From Balanoglossus misakiensis (Eukaryota; Animalia; Hemichordata), in assembly GCA_040954595.2 (NCBI GenBank), contig CM082591.2, positions 2,441,258 through 2,505,257 of the forward strand: 64,000 nucleotides of DNA, in the 5' to 3' direction. This document shows, in pieces, positions 15,801 through 30,158 of this stretch. Under the pieces are notes generated by a model, which saw only the letters and a list, made by a program, of their open reading frames with translations, made no database searches and was not told the DNA's origin. Both the position numbers and the translations under genes were made by a program. How positions within the stretch are numbered: the first letter of the stretch is position 1; every line of letters begins with the position of its first letter.

Positions 15801-18800
15801 TTCAGAAATCAAGGCAATACGCGTCTCGGGGACAGATTTTCTTCGATAAAATTCATGGCATTGGAATTTTCGTGAAGAGCCAAAACTAGCAAAATGGCTG
15901 ACTGGCGCAGTATTCGTCGATCGGCCTCAAGGCGGCGCTGTCCCACCTCGTCCGCGCGCAAACGGTTTGTGATGATGATGACACCGGCAGGTGGACGCTG
16001 TGATGAGAGCTAACGTGACATTTAAGCGTTTCATATCGGCGTAACCTCAATAGACATCAAAGACATTTTTATGTCTGACTTTGAAAACCCCCTTAGTGGA
16101 ATCGCCAATGCATGAAGACGTTATCTTTTCAACACAGAAATAGAGCGAATCCATTATGTAGCCAGCTCATCCATTTTGCGTGTGCAGTATCTAGTCGACT
16201 CATCACATGGGAATGCGCGCGCGCAAAGCATGCCCCCTTTTACATCTCACGTTTTAAGACCCGCAGAGAAGTCGGAAACTGAGCACTTCACGCGATGAAC
16301 ATTAGAGCAGAAATATTGACACACACCGAAGAAGTCTTCGCCTCGAAGAATGTTTAATAAAATATTAACCAAATATTGATGTTGGTCATCCTTGCGCGTC
16401 TAATTCGAGGACCGATTTTAAGTTATTTTGCGCGTCGAATATCCAACCTGCTTGGTTACGCTGTTATTTTTTACATTGCCTGGAGAGATGAACGGTGCTA
16501 TTTCGAGATTTATGTAGTGTCGAGAGTTTGTCGAGTCAAGTGTGAGCGGGTTAGAGATGTCATGTAACGTTTTCTACCCTTCAGGAAAAGAGTTTTGAAT
16601 GTTTCATTGGGATTAAAAAGCGCATGCCGAGTACGGTTAGCGCTGGCTCGGTCAGCTAGTGTTTTTCCTCGGCCTTCTCAACGAAGTCACGACGCTGGAG
16701 TTTGTCTCGCGATGGCTATCGTTTGGAGACGCGCTTGTCTCTGTCATCTGTGCTTGTTTTAGCTCTGATGCGAGCAACGAGACTCCCGTGGTCGCAATTC
16801 AATTTGCAGTCGATGAACACAGGAGATAACACACTGGCTGATATAGAAATTAAAAAACTCAAATATGCGATAAAGAGACGATAACATCGGACGATACACA
16901 TCATTACAAGAACGTCAATCATACTGCGTCCCACACAAGCGCTGAGCTCATTGTAATTCATTAGTTTAGCGCGTCCTGAGCCTCTACTCATGCATTTTTG
17001 GCGGCGTGTACGGCGCGTCCTCGCCGCGTTCTCTGAAGTTTTCTGGGAAGCAGAGGCGCGCGCGTGAAGCATGTTCATTTCGGCATGTGGCCACAGGGAC
17101 CACCCAGATCATCATCCCCATCATTTGTATTTATTGACGACATCTCTCTTGTCGATTTCATCAACATTTGGATTTTGATGAATAGATGTAAAAACTGGGT
17201 TATCGGGGCCACTCTACACCCGTTATCTGCTACATATATACTCGACTATTACAATGTTTTAACTTTTAATTCATTCGATTCATTTTCAGCTCGTCAACAA
17301 CGACCTCGAGCAAGACAGGTGCCGACGAAAAGTACTCCTCCATTCCCGAAATTCGCTACAGTCTCCCGTAGGATGGCATCGTTTCCCCGCCCCGGGAATA
17401 CCCAATTTCTCCCATTGTAGCTACAAAAATACAAATTAGTCAGACTTATAGCCAATAAATCTAACAATCTACATACTATGAAAAAGACCAATTTTCCCGA
17501 CAAAAAAACTTTCCATTCACTTCTGGCAACCCCCAATTATAATTCATACATAATTGGGTATACCATGTATGCATGCATGTATCTGTTTGTGACTGACCCT
17601 GTCTGTCTGTGTGTCTGTCTCCCTGCCTGTGTCTCTCTCTCAATCTCAAATCAGATTTGAAGCTGTCTATCGACCTCGACCTCTCTCCCATAAAACCGTC
17701 ACCGTTATTCGCCATGCACGACGACGGAACGAAGGCCACAACAAAAGCGCACGACTGGTGAAGCAGGCAGCCTCGGAAAGACCTGACAAAATAGCCCCGG
17801 GGCAGCGGCCGCAAACGCACGCTCCCTCGCTGGTTGGCAAGCCGTCGATTGAGTTCACACCCTAAGCCTGTCCATTCACATCCAGCTGATTTATTGTCTC
17901 ATAATTTTTCTGATAGTGAGCCGAGTCTTTGCCCATGAATATCGCTCTTATCGATGCCGTAAAAGGGGACCAGGATTCATAGAAAATGACTTGCGGCATT
18001 TACTTGATACCTTTCACGCGATCAATGACGCGATTTGCTGTGAGGGTTTCAACACGTGGTCTTACAGATAGATTCCATCGACATAACCCCTGTTTCTGTC
18101 AGAAACGTGTCCATTTTTGCCCAAAAAGTTTAACGTTTGCAACAATACATGCAATTGGAACTTAATATGTAATTTTTGCGAGATCCGTAGAAATGGCAAA
18201 TTCTATAGACTTACAAATTCCTCCCCTAACAGGGAATTCCAGGCTGTCGCAGACATCACTCACAATTTGTCTGTGCAAAGTGCCGTCACAACTTGTACCT
18301 GTAATAAATCCAATTTGTGATTAATTACATTACACACAAAAAAGTTTGGCTGAATAATTAGAACAATTTTTCGGACAGTCAGTGTCTAGTTCACTTGGTT
18401 TTGTGTGGATCTGAATAGGAAGTAAAGGAACACTGTACTCACTTGCCGAGAGCGAAAGTGGAACCGATAGGGATTTTGAATGTACAGTGTACGGTAGGTG
18501 TTACGTAAGACTGACAAGTCGGGGTGATTTACATAAAATGCGGGAGAATTATAATGTGTAAATTACCTAGTGACTAAAAATAGCTGGAGTGTACATGTAT
18601 ACAGAAAGCCAAGCTGCGAGAGACTGTTGTAACAAACACTTAAAATAGTAAAACATGGAATAAAATGAACGCCTACTAAAAACAACTCAACTCTATATAT
18701 CTATCTACATGTGTATTACATATATCGTCCGTCTGTCGACATGTCTGTCTGTCTGTCTCTGTTTATCTTTCTGTCTGCCTGCCTGTCTTCTAAGCCGGAC

Positions 18801-21800
18801 GGTTAGGCGGAAGCAGATAGAGAGAAAAGGTAAGAATGACATTGAGAGAGAGATAAGGATATCGACAATAAAACGCAAAATAAATGTTATTAGTCAGTGT
18901 GACAGACCCAACCGAGTCGAGTTCGAAGGCTGAACCCACTCACAAGAGACCCGTATGCATCAACTGTCATTTTGAATTTCATGGCGACTGACTCCAACAC
19001 GGTATATGGGACACGTGATTACTTCATATAGATCGAAAAGGTAACGGGCCATGAGTTCTGGCCATGCATACAAATGGATTCGGAATCACCACCTAAGTCC
19101 CGCCAAAACCCATCAACACCTGTCAGCCTTTCGCACAAAAATCGGCTGAAGCGCAGACAGACGCAAGCGCGGAAAGTCGCGGGAAGCACGCGAGAATTTG
19201 TATCCCACATCTGTGACTTAGGCAAATCTCATCTCGCTTCGCGCGCAGACGATGGATTTATCATGCAAGTTTTAACTTTTAAAACGTTTAGATGAATCCT
19301 TTTTTACTTCAATACCACAACAGTGTTGTGTCGTTGCATCGTTTGAGTTTAATTGTAGCGCGCTCGAATTCCACGTGACCACGGCGAGTGACCTGAACGC
19401 GGGAGAACACGCTCGACGGGGTCACCTGTCACGTGTGTTAAGTTGGTTGAAGTAATTTGAAAGTTTCACTGCCACTTGCACGCGGTGACGACATATGCTG
19501 ACGAACGGCTCGCGCGCCGCAAATGTGAAAATTTACGCGCTTTCCGTTGCAGTGCACGGTTCAATAAACGTTGCAACTCCACCGAGCAATTCTTGCAGCG
19601 GATATGAAAAGAACATTTCTGAAATTTCAATCAAGGACATTTCGACGTAAAATTGGAGAGAAAAGATTCGTTTTGAAGAGATAAATGTTGCAGGTGCGGC
19701 GGCCCGACACGATAACGTCACACAGCAAAGCTATTTTCTCGATTACAAAAAAAATTTAAATCAACATACTCAGAGACCAATCAAATCAAAGCAAACGACA
19801 TAGATGAATATCAAGCATTCTAAGAGGCTTACTGCAAAACAGGTACCACGGTAACATAGCCTTCGGCGTTAATAAGTTGAATGCTACCAACTGTGGTTAT
19901 CCACTGTATTTTAGATGTATCTTCAATATCATGGTAAATTAGGAACCGTGTTCGGCAGAGTTCATCGCGCTTTGGGCAAATTGTTCATTTTCACCACAAA
20001 AAGGTCGAAAGATATACACTTGCCCTTTAACGCTGGCTCCAATTTTGGACGACATCAATCAAAAATTGTACCAGCTATTGATTAGTTCTAAAAAATGTGT
20101 GCCCTTCGGCAAAAATTTAAACACTTTTGAAAATGTTCGCCTTCTTCTCGAAGGCGCGAGTTCAGCGTTTATTACGTGCCCTCGTTAAAGTAATTCCGTT
20201 TCATGGCTTTCGAGACAGATTCTTTTGTCTATTCATCAACATAGTATGGTAATATACACGTAATCTCACTGTATTGGTAGATAAGCCAGGAATAAACCAA
20301 TGGCTATCATATTAATTTGACTCTATTTACAACGTTAATGCATTTTTTGATTTATTGCATTTCACGTGCGTTTCTTGGTGTGAATTCGATGGCGCTGTCC
20401 AGTTTTCGCCTGAGTTGCAATCCGTTCGTTGTCTTTTTATGAAGGATTTGGGAATGGTTCAAAAACCGAGAAGAAATTTTCTTCCACTTCATAAATTATC
20501 ACAAAAATGAAAGAATTTTCCCATGATGCTGTTAATATTTTAGTACAAGGTGCATGAAGAGACGAAGTTCAGTGAGTTGAAAGGAGAGCAGACAACAGGG
20601 CATGATAACTGAAACCAGAATATTGATTTGTTACCTAGAAAAAAGCGGGAAGAGATGGTAGCAACCTATTCGCCATTTTTGTGAGAAACCCACACTATTT
20701 GTTAAAGTGCAACAAGAGAGACGACGTTTAGCAGCGAGCAGTGGTTCAACAACCTTGAAAGTCAAACGACTTAGTGTAATATCGTCAACTGTAATTTCAA
20801 CTGACCACTCCGACATTTTAATCATGTCGTTCACCCTTTGTTGTCGGCAGAATTATGGGTAATTTACCGCCACTTTCTGCCCACCTCGTCAAGACAAAAA
20901 GTGATATTTCCGAGCTTCAGATGTGAACAAGTGTTGTGTGGACCAAATGGCGCGAGAATTTTGCATTGATGAAAAGGCACACAGCCCATATAATTATTTA
21001 CGCTAGTTTAGAAGTTGAAAAAAAATCTGCGTCTCATTGGAGTGGTAAAACGAAGTTGATTTCATTAATAAAACGTTCGGTGATTTTAGCTGCCTGGGCA
21101 GAAACGGAAGTGGACTTTTAGAGCACAATTCGTTTCTGATTACTTAGCCATAAACGATGGTCTTGAACTAAAAGAACCATTATTTTGAGCATTTTCGGCA
21201 TAGAAAACCGACTAACCGCTTCATTACTCCGGGAGAGAGAATTTGCCAACGCGATTTGCAGGAACGGTTTTCCACAAAATTTCACCCATTCTCTCGACTT
21301 CCTCGGCGGTTGAAGACATTTGGATAACCATTTTGTGGTAGCTCTTTAAGAACACAATTGGGCGTCACGAAGGTGGCAGAAAGTAGATCCAAAGGCCAAC
21401 AATTTTGTGATACAGTCTCTCAATTAGTGTTCACCGATAGTGCAGAACAAACGGGACCGCGAATATAGGCTGTCACTATTTTTTCTCAGCCGGCAATAAT
21501 TTCATTAATTGACAGACATTCGAACCCTCATTTGACACAAATCAGTCCCAATCAGAGCGCGCGGTGATTAGTCTACCAATTATATAATTTCAGCTTCTTT
21601 TACGTCACGCTGTATTTTCCGCGATTAGCATATCATTTCCTTCAGCGCAAAGTTAAAGATTTCACTCATCTGGAGAAGTCACTATTAAAGGGACGGACAC
21701 AGTCTCTCTCTCGCTTCCCCTTTTCCATTAATAATGTTTGATTCAAGACACCGTATGTTATTCTACATGTGGATATATAGTGAATGAACGTTCGACCACA

Positions 21801-22929
21801 TACCAGAGAGACGTTTTCTAATTTTTGAGGCCTGTCCGCCATCAAACGTCTTCCCGCCATTTTTTACAAGTGCTGCCATAAAATATTCAATGAATTTAAT
21901 CTCTATTTTAAAATGCAACACAGCACTCTCTCCCTGCTCTCTGCAAAAGGTGCCACTTTGAATAATTAATAAAGCTATGGGTAATTTCACACGAAAATAT
22001 ATAGTGCTCGGGTTCCTTTTTGATAGAAAGGCATTGGAAGATAAAAACGTTTCTTGGCTGAAGAGGACGATGCTTTGTGTGGAAAGATGTATTACAGTCG
22101 CTGCGTCCAACATTGTAACAACTTTTGGAGACAACTTCATGCCGGTGAACCATGCGCTTGCGCACTTGGGTGCCAATTTCAAACATCCACAAACATTGTT
22201 GGCTGGCACCGTTTAACAATTTTCGCGCCTAAATTCCAAAATGTCGTTCAAAGCGCCTCTAAATGTAACACATATCTCAAAGAAGACGTGAAACAAAGAT
22301 TCCGTCAGTTATCGTTTAAACACACCGGAAACTGATTTTGCTTTCCAGAAGGAAAATGTACGCTTACCCCAAGCTAACAAGCAAAATCTAATTTCAGTGC
22401 ACATGAGCAGAACTTTCTTAGTCTGTAGGCCATGTTTAAAGTGCTGAGATTCTTAGCCTGTCGTGCGTAAGATTTCCGGCGGGAAATCGTTTGAAACAAA
22501 AATCTTTACACGGGAGAAAATTTTCCTCTGACGGCCACTGATGTTTGATCATTTTAGGTGGGTGGCAGTTTGACAATGGAACTGCCAGGATGGCATCATG
22601 ATAGAGTATCATGCATGGAGGGTAGCTAAGAACATGCACTTCCTTTTACCGTCCAGCCACCCCTTTCTCTCACCGAATGACTCACCGATCGGCCTGTGAG
22701 GCAAACTAGCTCTAGTTATAATAAGACAAGTGTAAAACTTGTAAGTTTTGATGTTACATGGCATCGGTTGCCATGGGGGAATGACACGAATGGGGAAAAG
22801 TTGTCACTTGGTAATGAGTAACCGATTAATTTAATTCGCGTAACAAATTGTGACAGCGTTATCTTTGACTTTCAATAAAGATTACAGTCTATCATGCCGC
22901 GAAAGTTCGGTAACAGTTACAACAGATGC

Positions 22930-22994
22930 AGTAGTGGTAGTGGTGGTGGTGGTGGTGGTGATGGTGGTGGTGGTGATGGTGGGGTTGGTGGTGA
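22930..22994. repeat. (GGT/GAT)n microsatellite
   Basis: Direct reading. Confidence 0.9.
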
Positions 22995-25285
22995 TCACAT
23001 AGTAGGTTCTTTTATGATGATGCTATGATAACTTGTAAGACTGCGCGTGTAATGATAAAACTACGATTTGCTGTGATTTTCGACCATAAGCGGCGCGGTG
23101 GGCACGGGTAGATGTGCCTGCGATATCTCTGACTAATTATAACCCATTCACGGTAAGACCTTAATTGCGAAGGGAAACTTGCTCCAATCATTTCCGCCCA
23201 GTGAATTGGAAGGGACTGTGAGATGAAAGCACTCCTCAGAAACCATGCTAATCAGGCAGAAATCCCAAGCAAATGAATGGTGCAGATTTATCCGTGTATT
23301 TTTTTTACCTTCTGACACAGGCATAGTCACGATGAAGGAAATTAACCCGCCAAAAATAAACGGGGAGGGGAACGAATTGAAGGGAGAAATCACATGAGTA
23401 TGATATTGTGTTATTGGCCTAATCTTGTCGAAATTCACTGCTTTTCTCATGCACCCATGCCCGAGAAAAATAACACTCCCGCTACGATTGTTTGCTTAAT
23501 TAAGATCGGTTTGTGGAAGTCTTCATAGCGGAATGGCTCAAGAATGGCGCTCGTTGGTCGACGCAATCAGCCAAAATAAGCCGAAGACAACGCGCCGTGA
23601 AAACATGGTGTTTTTTTTTGTTCGTGAGTTTGTTGCGCGTGCCAGCGATACGGGATCGGTGACCGAACCTAATGACGGCAGACGATGCGTCGCAGAAAAG
23701 TGACCGAATCATGTTGACAAAAATCCCTAATGATGCATGCTCACGCGGCGTGATGAATATTGCTGAAAAATATGTCATCCAAACGGTCAGGCGACTTCAA
23801 CGCGTGCAATTTGCGCCCAGCGCCGATAAGGGACGCCGATCCAATCGGCGCTCAGCAGAGCAGAGAGAGAAAGTATAGACTCGTTACATGCACACATTAA
23901 TGCCGGCAAGGTGGAAATCAATAAGCCACGAAAATATCCATGAAATTATGAAAATTGCGCGGCGGGCACACATACATGATTTGCCGCGTACGCGCGGAGA
24001 TCTCGCGACGCGCGCCGCAAAGAAAACACTCGACGCGGGACAAGTCTCACCGGCTTCGCTCACAATTAGGGGACACAAACCGGAGTCGGTTAGAATTAAG
24101 TTGTACAATAAAACGCGGAGTGGCTAAATTGCTCTCTGTCAACAACTTTATGGGGCCAATATCGGTGTATAGAATTCTTGTTGCGGTGTTCCCAGGAGTG
24201 CTCGATACAACATAGCCGGCGCACGGCGATACATCTCTTTCGGTAATTGATTTGGCGAATACCTCGAAGCGCTGCTCGCTCCACAGACCATTCGCACTAC
24301 AGCGCCCCGAAAAACTCCTTCACCCAAGCTTTCTCCGTACGCAGGATAGCGTCCCAGCGGACCCAGAAATGCCCCTAGTCTGGAACAGCCGCTTAGAATC
24401 GAAGGGAAACAACAAAATTCAAGAAAGCGTTGAGAGTGCCAACCATTTAATAACGCTCAAATTGTCAATTTTTTCGCATTCAATTTTTCGGTGACTGTGT
24501 TTTCCCCGAAGGCCAGTAAAAAGCCTTAAAACGTTGGGCCGGAATTTTTATTCCGTAATTTGGCGACACAAATGAATCTATCGGCCTTCATGCGGCTCGA
24601 TTACTAGCAACATTTTCACTCCTTTTCGTTTTCGCCACGCTGGACAAATTGACGTTAAAACGCCTCAGTTACTAATGGATCGCGGTGACGGGGGCGCGAA
24701 TCCACGCGCACTGCTCTGTCATTGGCGAAGGACCAAACCCCAAAGATTTCAGAGAAAAAAAGTCATTCCGAAAATCTGGTTTTCAAATTGCGCCTTAATT
24801 CAATTAAGCCATAATTGGATTGAATCGAATCAATTCGTTCCAGTAGCTGTCATTAGCTCATTAATCAAGCTGTGCATTGGCCGCCTTTGTTTGTATATCT
24901 GATTTACCGAATGTGGACAGGTATTCTCTAAAGGCAGTTTTACTTTCGTGGTCGCAGTCATCACCTGGAGCGGAGTCTTCAAATATCTTAACACAGTGAG
25001 CAGCCCCGCAACCCGTTGTCTCAGTCCACTTAACTGAGCACATGTTTTAATGTTTGAACATTGGGGTTTCATCCGAACTCAACTGTGCTGACAGACCCGC
25101 CGGGGTGTTGATTCCAAAACACCCATGATGTTTGCTACTACACGGTCCACAATTAGTCATGCTAAATTCACGGTATCTATCTATTAATCTGTTGATTAAT
25201 TGTGGGATTGACTCAACTATGTCATTTTTTTAAATGTCTTCCGGGAACTTCCACTGAGACACAGCTAACCATGGGCCACTACTTA

Positions 25286-25323
<38 letters not shown>

Positions 25324-25342
25324 AGGTCTGTCTGCCTGTCTG
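25286..25342. repeat. (GTCT)n microsatellite
   Basis: Direct reading. Confidence 0.9.
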
Positions 25343-27543
25343 CCCCTGTCTTTCTGCGTGGGTTGCATGCCTGCCTGTCTGCACACATACATGCATGCAT
25401 GAAGCTGTTATCTGAATGAGACTCGAATAGTTGGTTTGAAATGGAGAGTGAATGGATTTATGGGCTTATGGTTAGTTGGACGAATGGACGGATGGCTGGA
25501 TGGATTGATGTTATGGGTGGAACGGTGTACTGATAGACGGGTTGGTAGCGGATAACTTGTTATTCTCTGTACCTGTCTATATACCTGTCAGCCTGGTTGT
25601 CTGTCTGCCATGCCTGCATCTCTGTCCGTCCTTCCGTCTGTGTGTCCCTCTCTGTCCCCATATAATCAAGGACTTAGGGAGTCACTTTAGACGATGATAG
25701 TAAGGGGTGACGGGATTAACCTAATTTTTGCGACCCACACCTCACTATTACTGGAGTCTACCTGAGGATGTATTTGCCACAGGAAATATGTAGACGGAAA
25801 TAATATTTTGGCCGGCACGAAAGAGAGGATTGGCAAACAAACAAACAAACTGGGTCAAAGGTTGGCGTGTCACAGATATACGAATTTGTCTATCTAGCAT
25901 GGTTATAAAGGTGCGCGTCGTCCAGTCTGTGGGTGTGTGTCCCATACGTCACAGTTTCTATTGAGCCAAAGTCGAACTGCTACAATGTACATCATTATTG
26001 AAAAGAGTGTGGTTGTTACTTTGAGGTACACTGTAGTGTAACTTCTACAATGTACATCATTGAAGACAAAATGTTTGTTACATTGTATTACAGTGTACAT
26101 CATGGCGGACAATGCGTCGTTACTTTTTATCACATTTCAAATTTACTTTGAAAAAGCATGTATTCGATGAACAGTAGAAATAACACTGATGGTGGGTTTA
26201 TGGACGGAAAATTCGCACGTGTACAGATCAGATGACAATCCCCTTTTAAAACAGCGAAAGACAGCCAACGCACAGTGGCATGAAGAGACTGGATTACTCC
26301 AAGATACCCGAGGCTATTATATCCTCTACGGCCTTGCTGTGGAAAAGATAAGATGACCTTACTACAGAAGAAAATTGACTTCCAGATTCCCATCTCCGTT
26401 CCACAATCTATTTAGTTTGCCGTATGACTACTGGCGTTGTTGTTTTATCAAGTATATTTCCTGATCATTCCGCCGCCGTGCTCAACTCTCGGACAATTGC
26501 GCAGGAATTTTCTGCTTAGCGCAATCCAGTGACTCCCGACAATTTCTCGAATTAGTCTCGGCACATGCTTGGCCTATTTGTCTGAGAGAACTGCTCTCTC
26601 GTTTTAGCGCGATGGATATTCCGCGTAGATTTTCATTCGACCCTCGTCGTTTAGGATATACGCGTTTTTTTGGTTTTGCCGCAAAAGGGTTGGGTGTCTG
26701 CGCTCGCGTTGGTTGTAATGACGCGTCGTAAAATCAAAGCTTGCCATTATTATTTCATGGCAATGTGGCGATTATAATACCATCTCGTCTCTTAAACTGG
26801 TACTATAGTATAATTAACTTTAATCATTTCAATCGTTTGTAATGTGGTGCAATGATTATCAATTTGCGATACTTCTGACGCACATGTATTTCATGCTTTC
26901 TATATGTGGGTGGCGTTTTCCAGGGTAAGCACATTTTTATAAAAACAAATGTCTATACAATGTCTAACTATTGCTGAAATTATTCATGGTTTCACAACAA
27001 ACCTTTGTCTAAATCGTCAGAATTTTTCCGCTGGAAATTTGAGTTGGTAATTTAATCAGACGACAGGTTGAAAATCCCCATGAATCATAATAGCTGTGGG
27101 CAGTGCATGTCCTCATTACCAATTGTGCAAAAACCTTCTTCTTTGTGAATAATTTTAACCGAGTATTCCGTTTCTCTGAAAGAAGGCACAAACTTTCGAA
27201 GGGGGTTCAAGAAAATGCAAATGTTCCCAACTTTGGGACGAAAAATTGGTCGTAAATATATAATTTTTGAGAGAGAAATTTGAGCGGGAAATGTGATCAA
27301 ACGACAAGTAGATAATCCCCATGAATCATGATGGCTTACAGCTATACAGCTCATTGAATTTCCGCCTATCACATCACACTACTATTCACTTAATCAAACC
27401 ATCGATATTCATATCTCTGGACCCAGTGTATGAATATAATATTTAAGTAGCCTCGGGGCGACGGGAGAATCCGAATTAAAATCGGCACGCTCAGGGGCAT
27501 TACTTCCGCTTTGAGTGACTACTTTGTTCCCTGCCACAGACAA

Positions 27544-27731
27544 GCACTCACTCACAGGGCCGTGGTCTTTATACCGCTCCGCAGACGATAAAAAGTGTTC
27601 GAGCTTTTTTCTGGCGGGAAGGTACACAGCTACGTTGCACTCACTCACAGGGCCGTGGTCTTTATACCGCTCCGCAGACGATAAAAAGTGTTCAAGTTTT
27701 TTTTTCTGGCGGGAAGGTACACAGCTACGTT
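27544..27731. repeat. Tandem duplication, 2 x ~93 bp, near-identical
   Basis: GCACTCACTCACAGGGCCGTGGTCTTTATACCGCTCCGCAGACGATAAAAAGTGTTC..CTGGCGGGAAGGTACACAGCTACGTT at 27544 and 27637. Confidence 0.95.
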
Positions 27732-29000
27732 ACACCATTGTATTTCAAAATAAGACACAGCTACAGTCTATTTCAAAATAGTTCCGGTCACAAAAACAAG
27801 GCTCGCTTGCGCTTTGTGCTCGATGACGGTGTACCGACAGAGCACTACAATGTCACGATGGTTTGCTTTTTTCATACAAAAAAATCAGTGTACATTATAC
27901 TCGTAATTCAAACGCGGGCATTGTTTTTCAGTTAGAAATAAAACTCGTGGCCGCGTGGGCTTTTCAAAAGAAAAAACTTGACTACAACAACAAATCATGA
28001 CGAGGCGACGCGTCGGTGATGCCCGCCATTTTACAATTCACGATAGGCCGGAAAGTGCAGAACAATTGCCTCCAAACACAATACGATGAAAGTATGTCCC
28101 CGCCTTCGGTGATTGCAGCAGCCATGGCAACATAATTTTGGAGCCATTTATTCAAGAAAACCGCGAGATATGATAAATTCGGCTCCATTATAAAGCGTGA
28201 TGGTGAAATATGTTACGCTGAACTATACTTAAAACTACATACAGTTGCGTGTTATTATTTGTGTCCACTATTCGCGCCTGAGTGTTCTTGAAATCAGTCG
28301 TGACTGGCATAACAATCGGGTGGAAAATGGCGGGCGGTTCAGGATACAATCGGAAGTCACCATTGAGGCAAAAGTTGAGTCATGTCACCGGGAGTGATAA
28401 AACTAATAAATATATCTGTAAACGATTTTTAATAAATGGTGTCCCATTTCGCGAGCCGACGGGGGACGCCGTCTGGAAATGGGGCCTGCGCAGTGCGTGG
28501 TGTCCACGGTTTGTTTGACACCATAGGTGGTGGATGGCCGCCACTGTTGCGAGTGAATTACCGTCTCGGCATGTCACCATTTATTCCGCACTTGTAGGAA
28601 ATTAGACCAGGGGCGACACGGTAATTCTATGATTTGCGACTTGCTGTATCATTATATGCCAGCTCCGACGCTGAGTGTCAAGCTGGGAGAACGTTTGTTT
28701 CTGGGTTATTATAAAACAGCGCCGTGTCGAGTTTTTTTTGTTCTTGCAGAGAGCGTACAATACATTTGAACATGTGCAACCACCTGCAACTAGAATTTTA
28801 ACGTTGTTTTTATGAATGATACTTTCTCTATGTTAGTTTTTTGCCTCTGTTCTCAATTTCGCCCCCCCTGGAAAGCAACCAGTGAAAAATTCAGAATTTC
28901 TTCGGTCACATAGTAGTCCCCAACATTGTTTTTTTTCTCCAGAAGTTCTCCAGACAACGCGCTCACATAATGAAATTCTAACTTTTCCATCCAAACGTCT

Positions 29001-29032
<32 letters not shown>

Positions 29033-29049
29033 AATCATCATCATCATCA
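29001..29049. repeat. (ATC)n microsatellite
   Basis: Direct reading. Confidence 0.93.
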
Positions 29050-30089
29050 CCAAAAACAAACAAAACGAACAAAAATATCAGCCTTCTGCTTGTTTTATAA
29101 CTGCCTGTCTGTCTGTGATCCCAACAAATGTATAAAACCTGATGGACCTAGAATTATTGAGGAACTTCCAGCTGGGTCTCGAAGGAAACAAACCAATGAC
29201 CCATTCCTTAGCAACGTGTCAACTGATTGACCTGCTCCTTAGTAACGTGTCAGCTGTGGTGCAAACTCTCCCCCTAACACATCGCGACGTTGTTTGACAT
29301 TTCTGCATTTTACATTTTCCTGGAAATAAAACACATATATGAACTGCTAGAATTTTCCACTATGCACTTCAAAATTCCCATACAACCCCATGCGCGCGAT
29401 ATTAATTTCACACCCCGTGCGTTTCAATTCGAATGCGGGGGATATTTATTCATGTGTAGTTTTTCTCTGACTTCATTTTTTTTTATTTTCAAAAAAGTTC
29501 TGCCGACACTGTCACGGCAGCGCAGCACCTGACTGACCCCGATCCTACAAAATCAACAATTAATTCGCAACCGTCGAAATAATCGCCCTTGTCGCGGTCC
29601 GAGCTCGATTATCAGCCACCATCTTTGTCCTGTAATGATATCCAAATTGTCACGTTATTAGTACGCTTGCGTGGTTTTGTTAATGTTGCTCAATGTAATT
29701 TGTGAGTCGGTACTAGTAGACTATGCTCTTTACGCGTCCCACAGGACACGCGCTTGCATGATATACAGCTCCGGGAATGCCGCGCGCGCGCCGCGCACCA
29801 TCGTTTCAAATGGCAGACTTATGCCACACCATTACTATGCACAGTTCGCTGGTGACTTTAATCGTCTGTTTTGGCGTTTCTTGTAAAATATGCATGAAAG
29901 TTATCATTTATGTTGGTCGAAGTAAGTCTTTGAACAAATTTTCAATGTCACTGAATATTATTGCTCGCACTTCGAGGTCTTAGTATAACCAGAGTGTCAG
30001 CAACGGTTCTCGTATTGCTTTTAGTAAGTGCTTCCAGAAATAGACGAAAGAAGGCTTCAAAAAGACAACATAGACAACAGCATCCATGC

Positions 30090-30093
<4 letters not shown>

Positions 30094-30154
<61 letters not shown>

Positions 30155-30158
30155 AGAG
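30094..30158. repeat. (GA)n microsatellite with a G run
   Basis: Direct reading. Confidence 0.95.

Noticed and set aside
15809-15840. Possible terminus of a TTAA-type non-autonomous DNA transposon (AAGGCAATACGCG.., weakly complementary to CGCGTACTACCTTAA at ~37791-37805)
   Set aside because: Only 12 of 15 bases match over a 22-kb separation. An element cannot be delimited without a repeat library.
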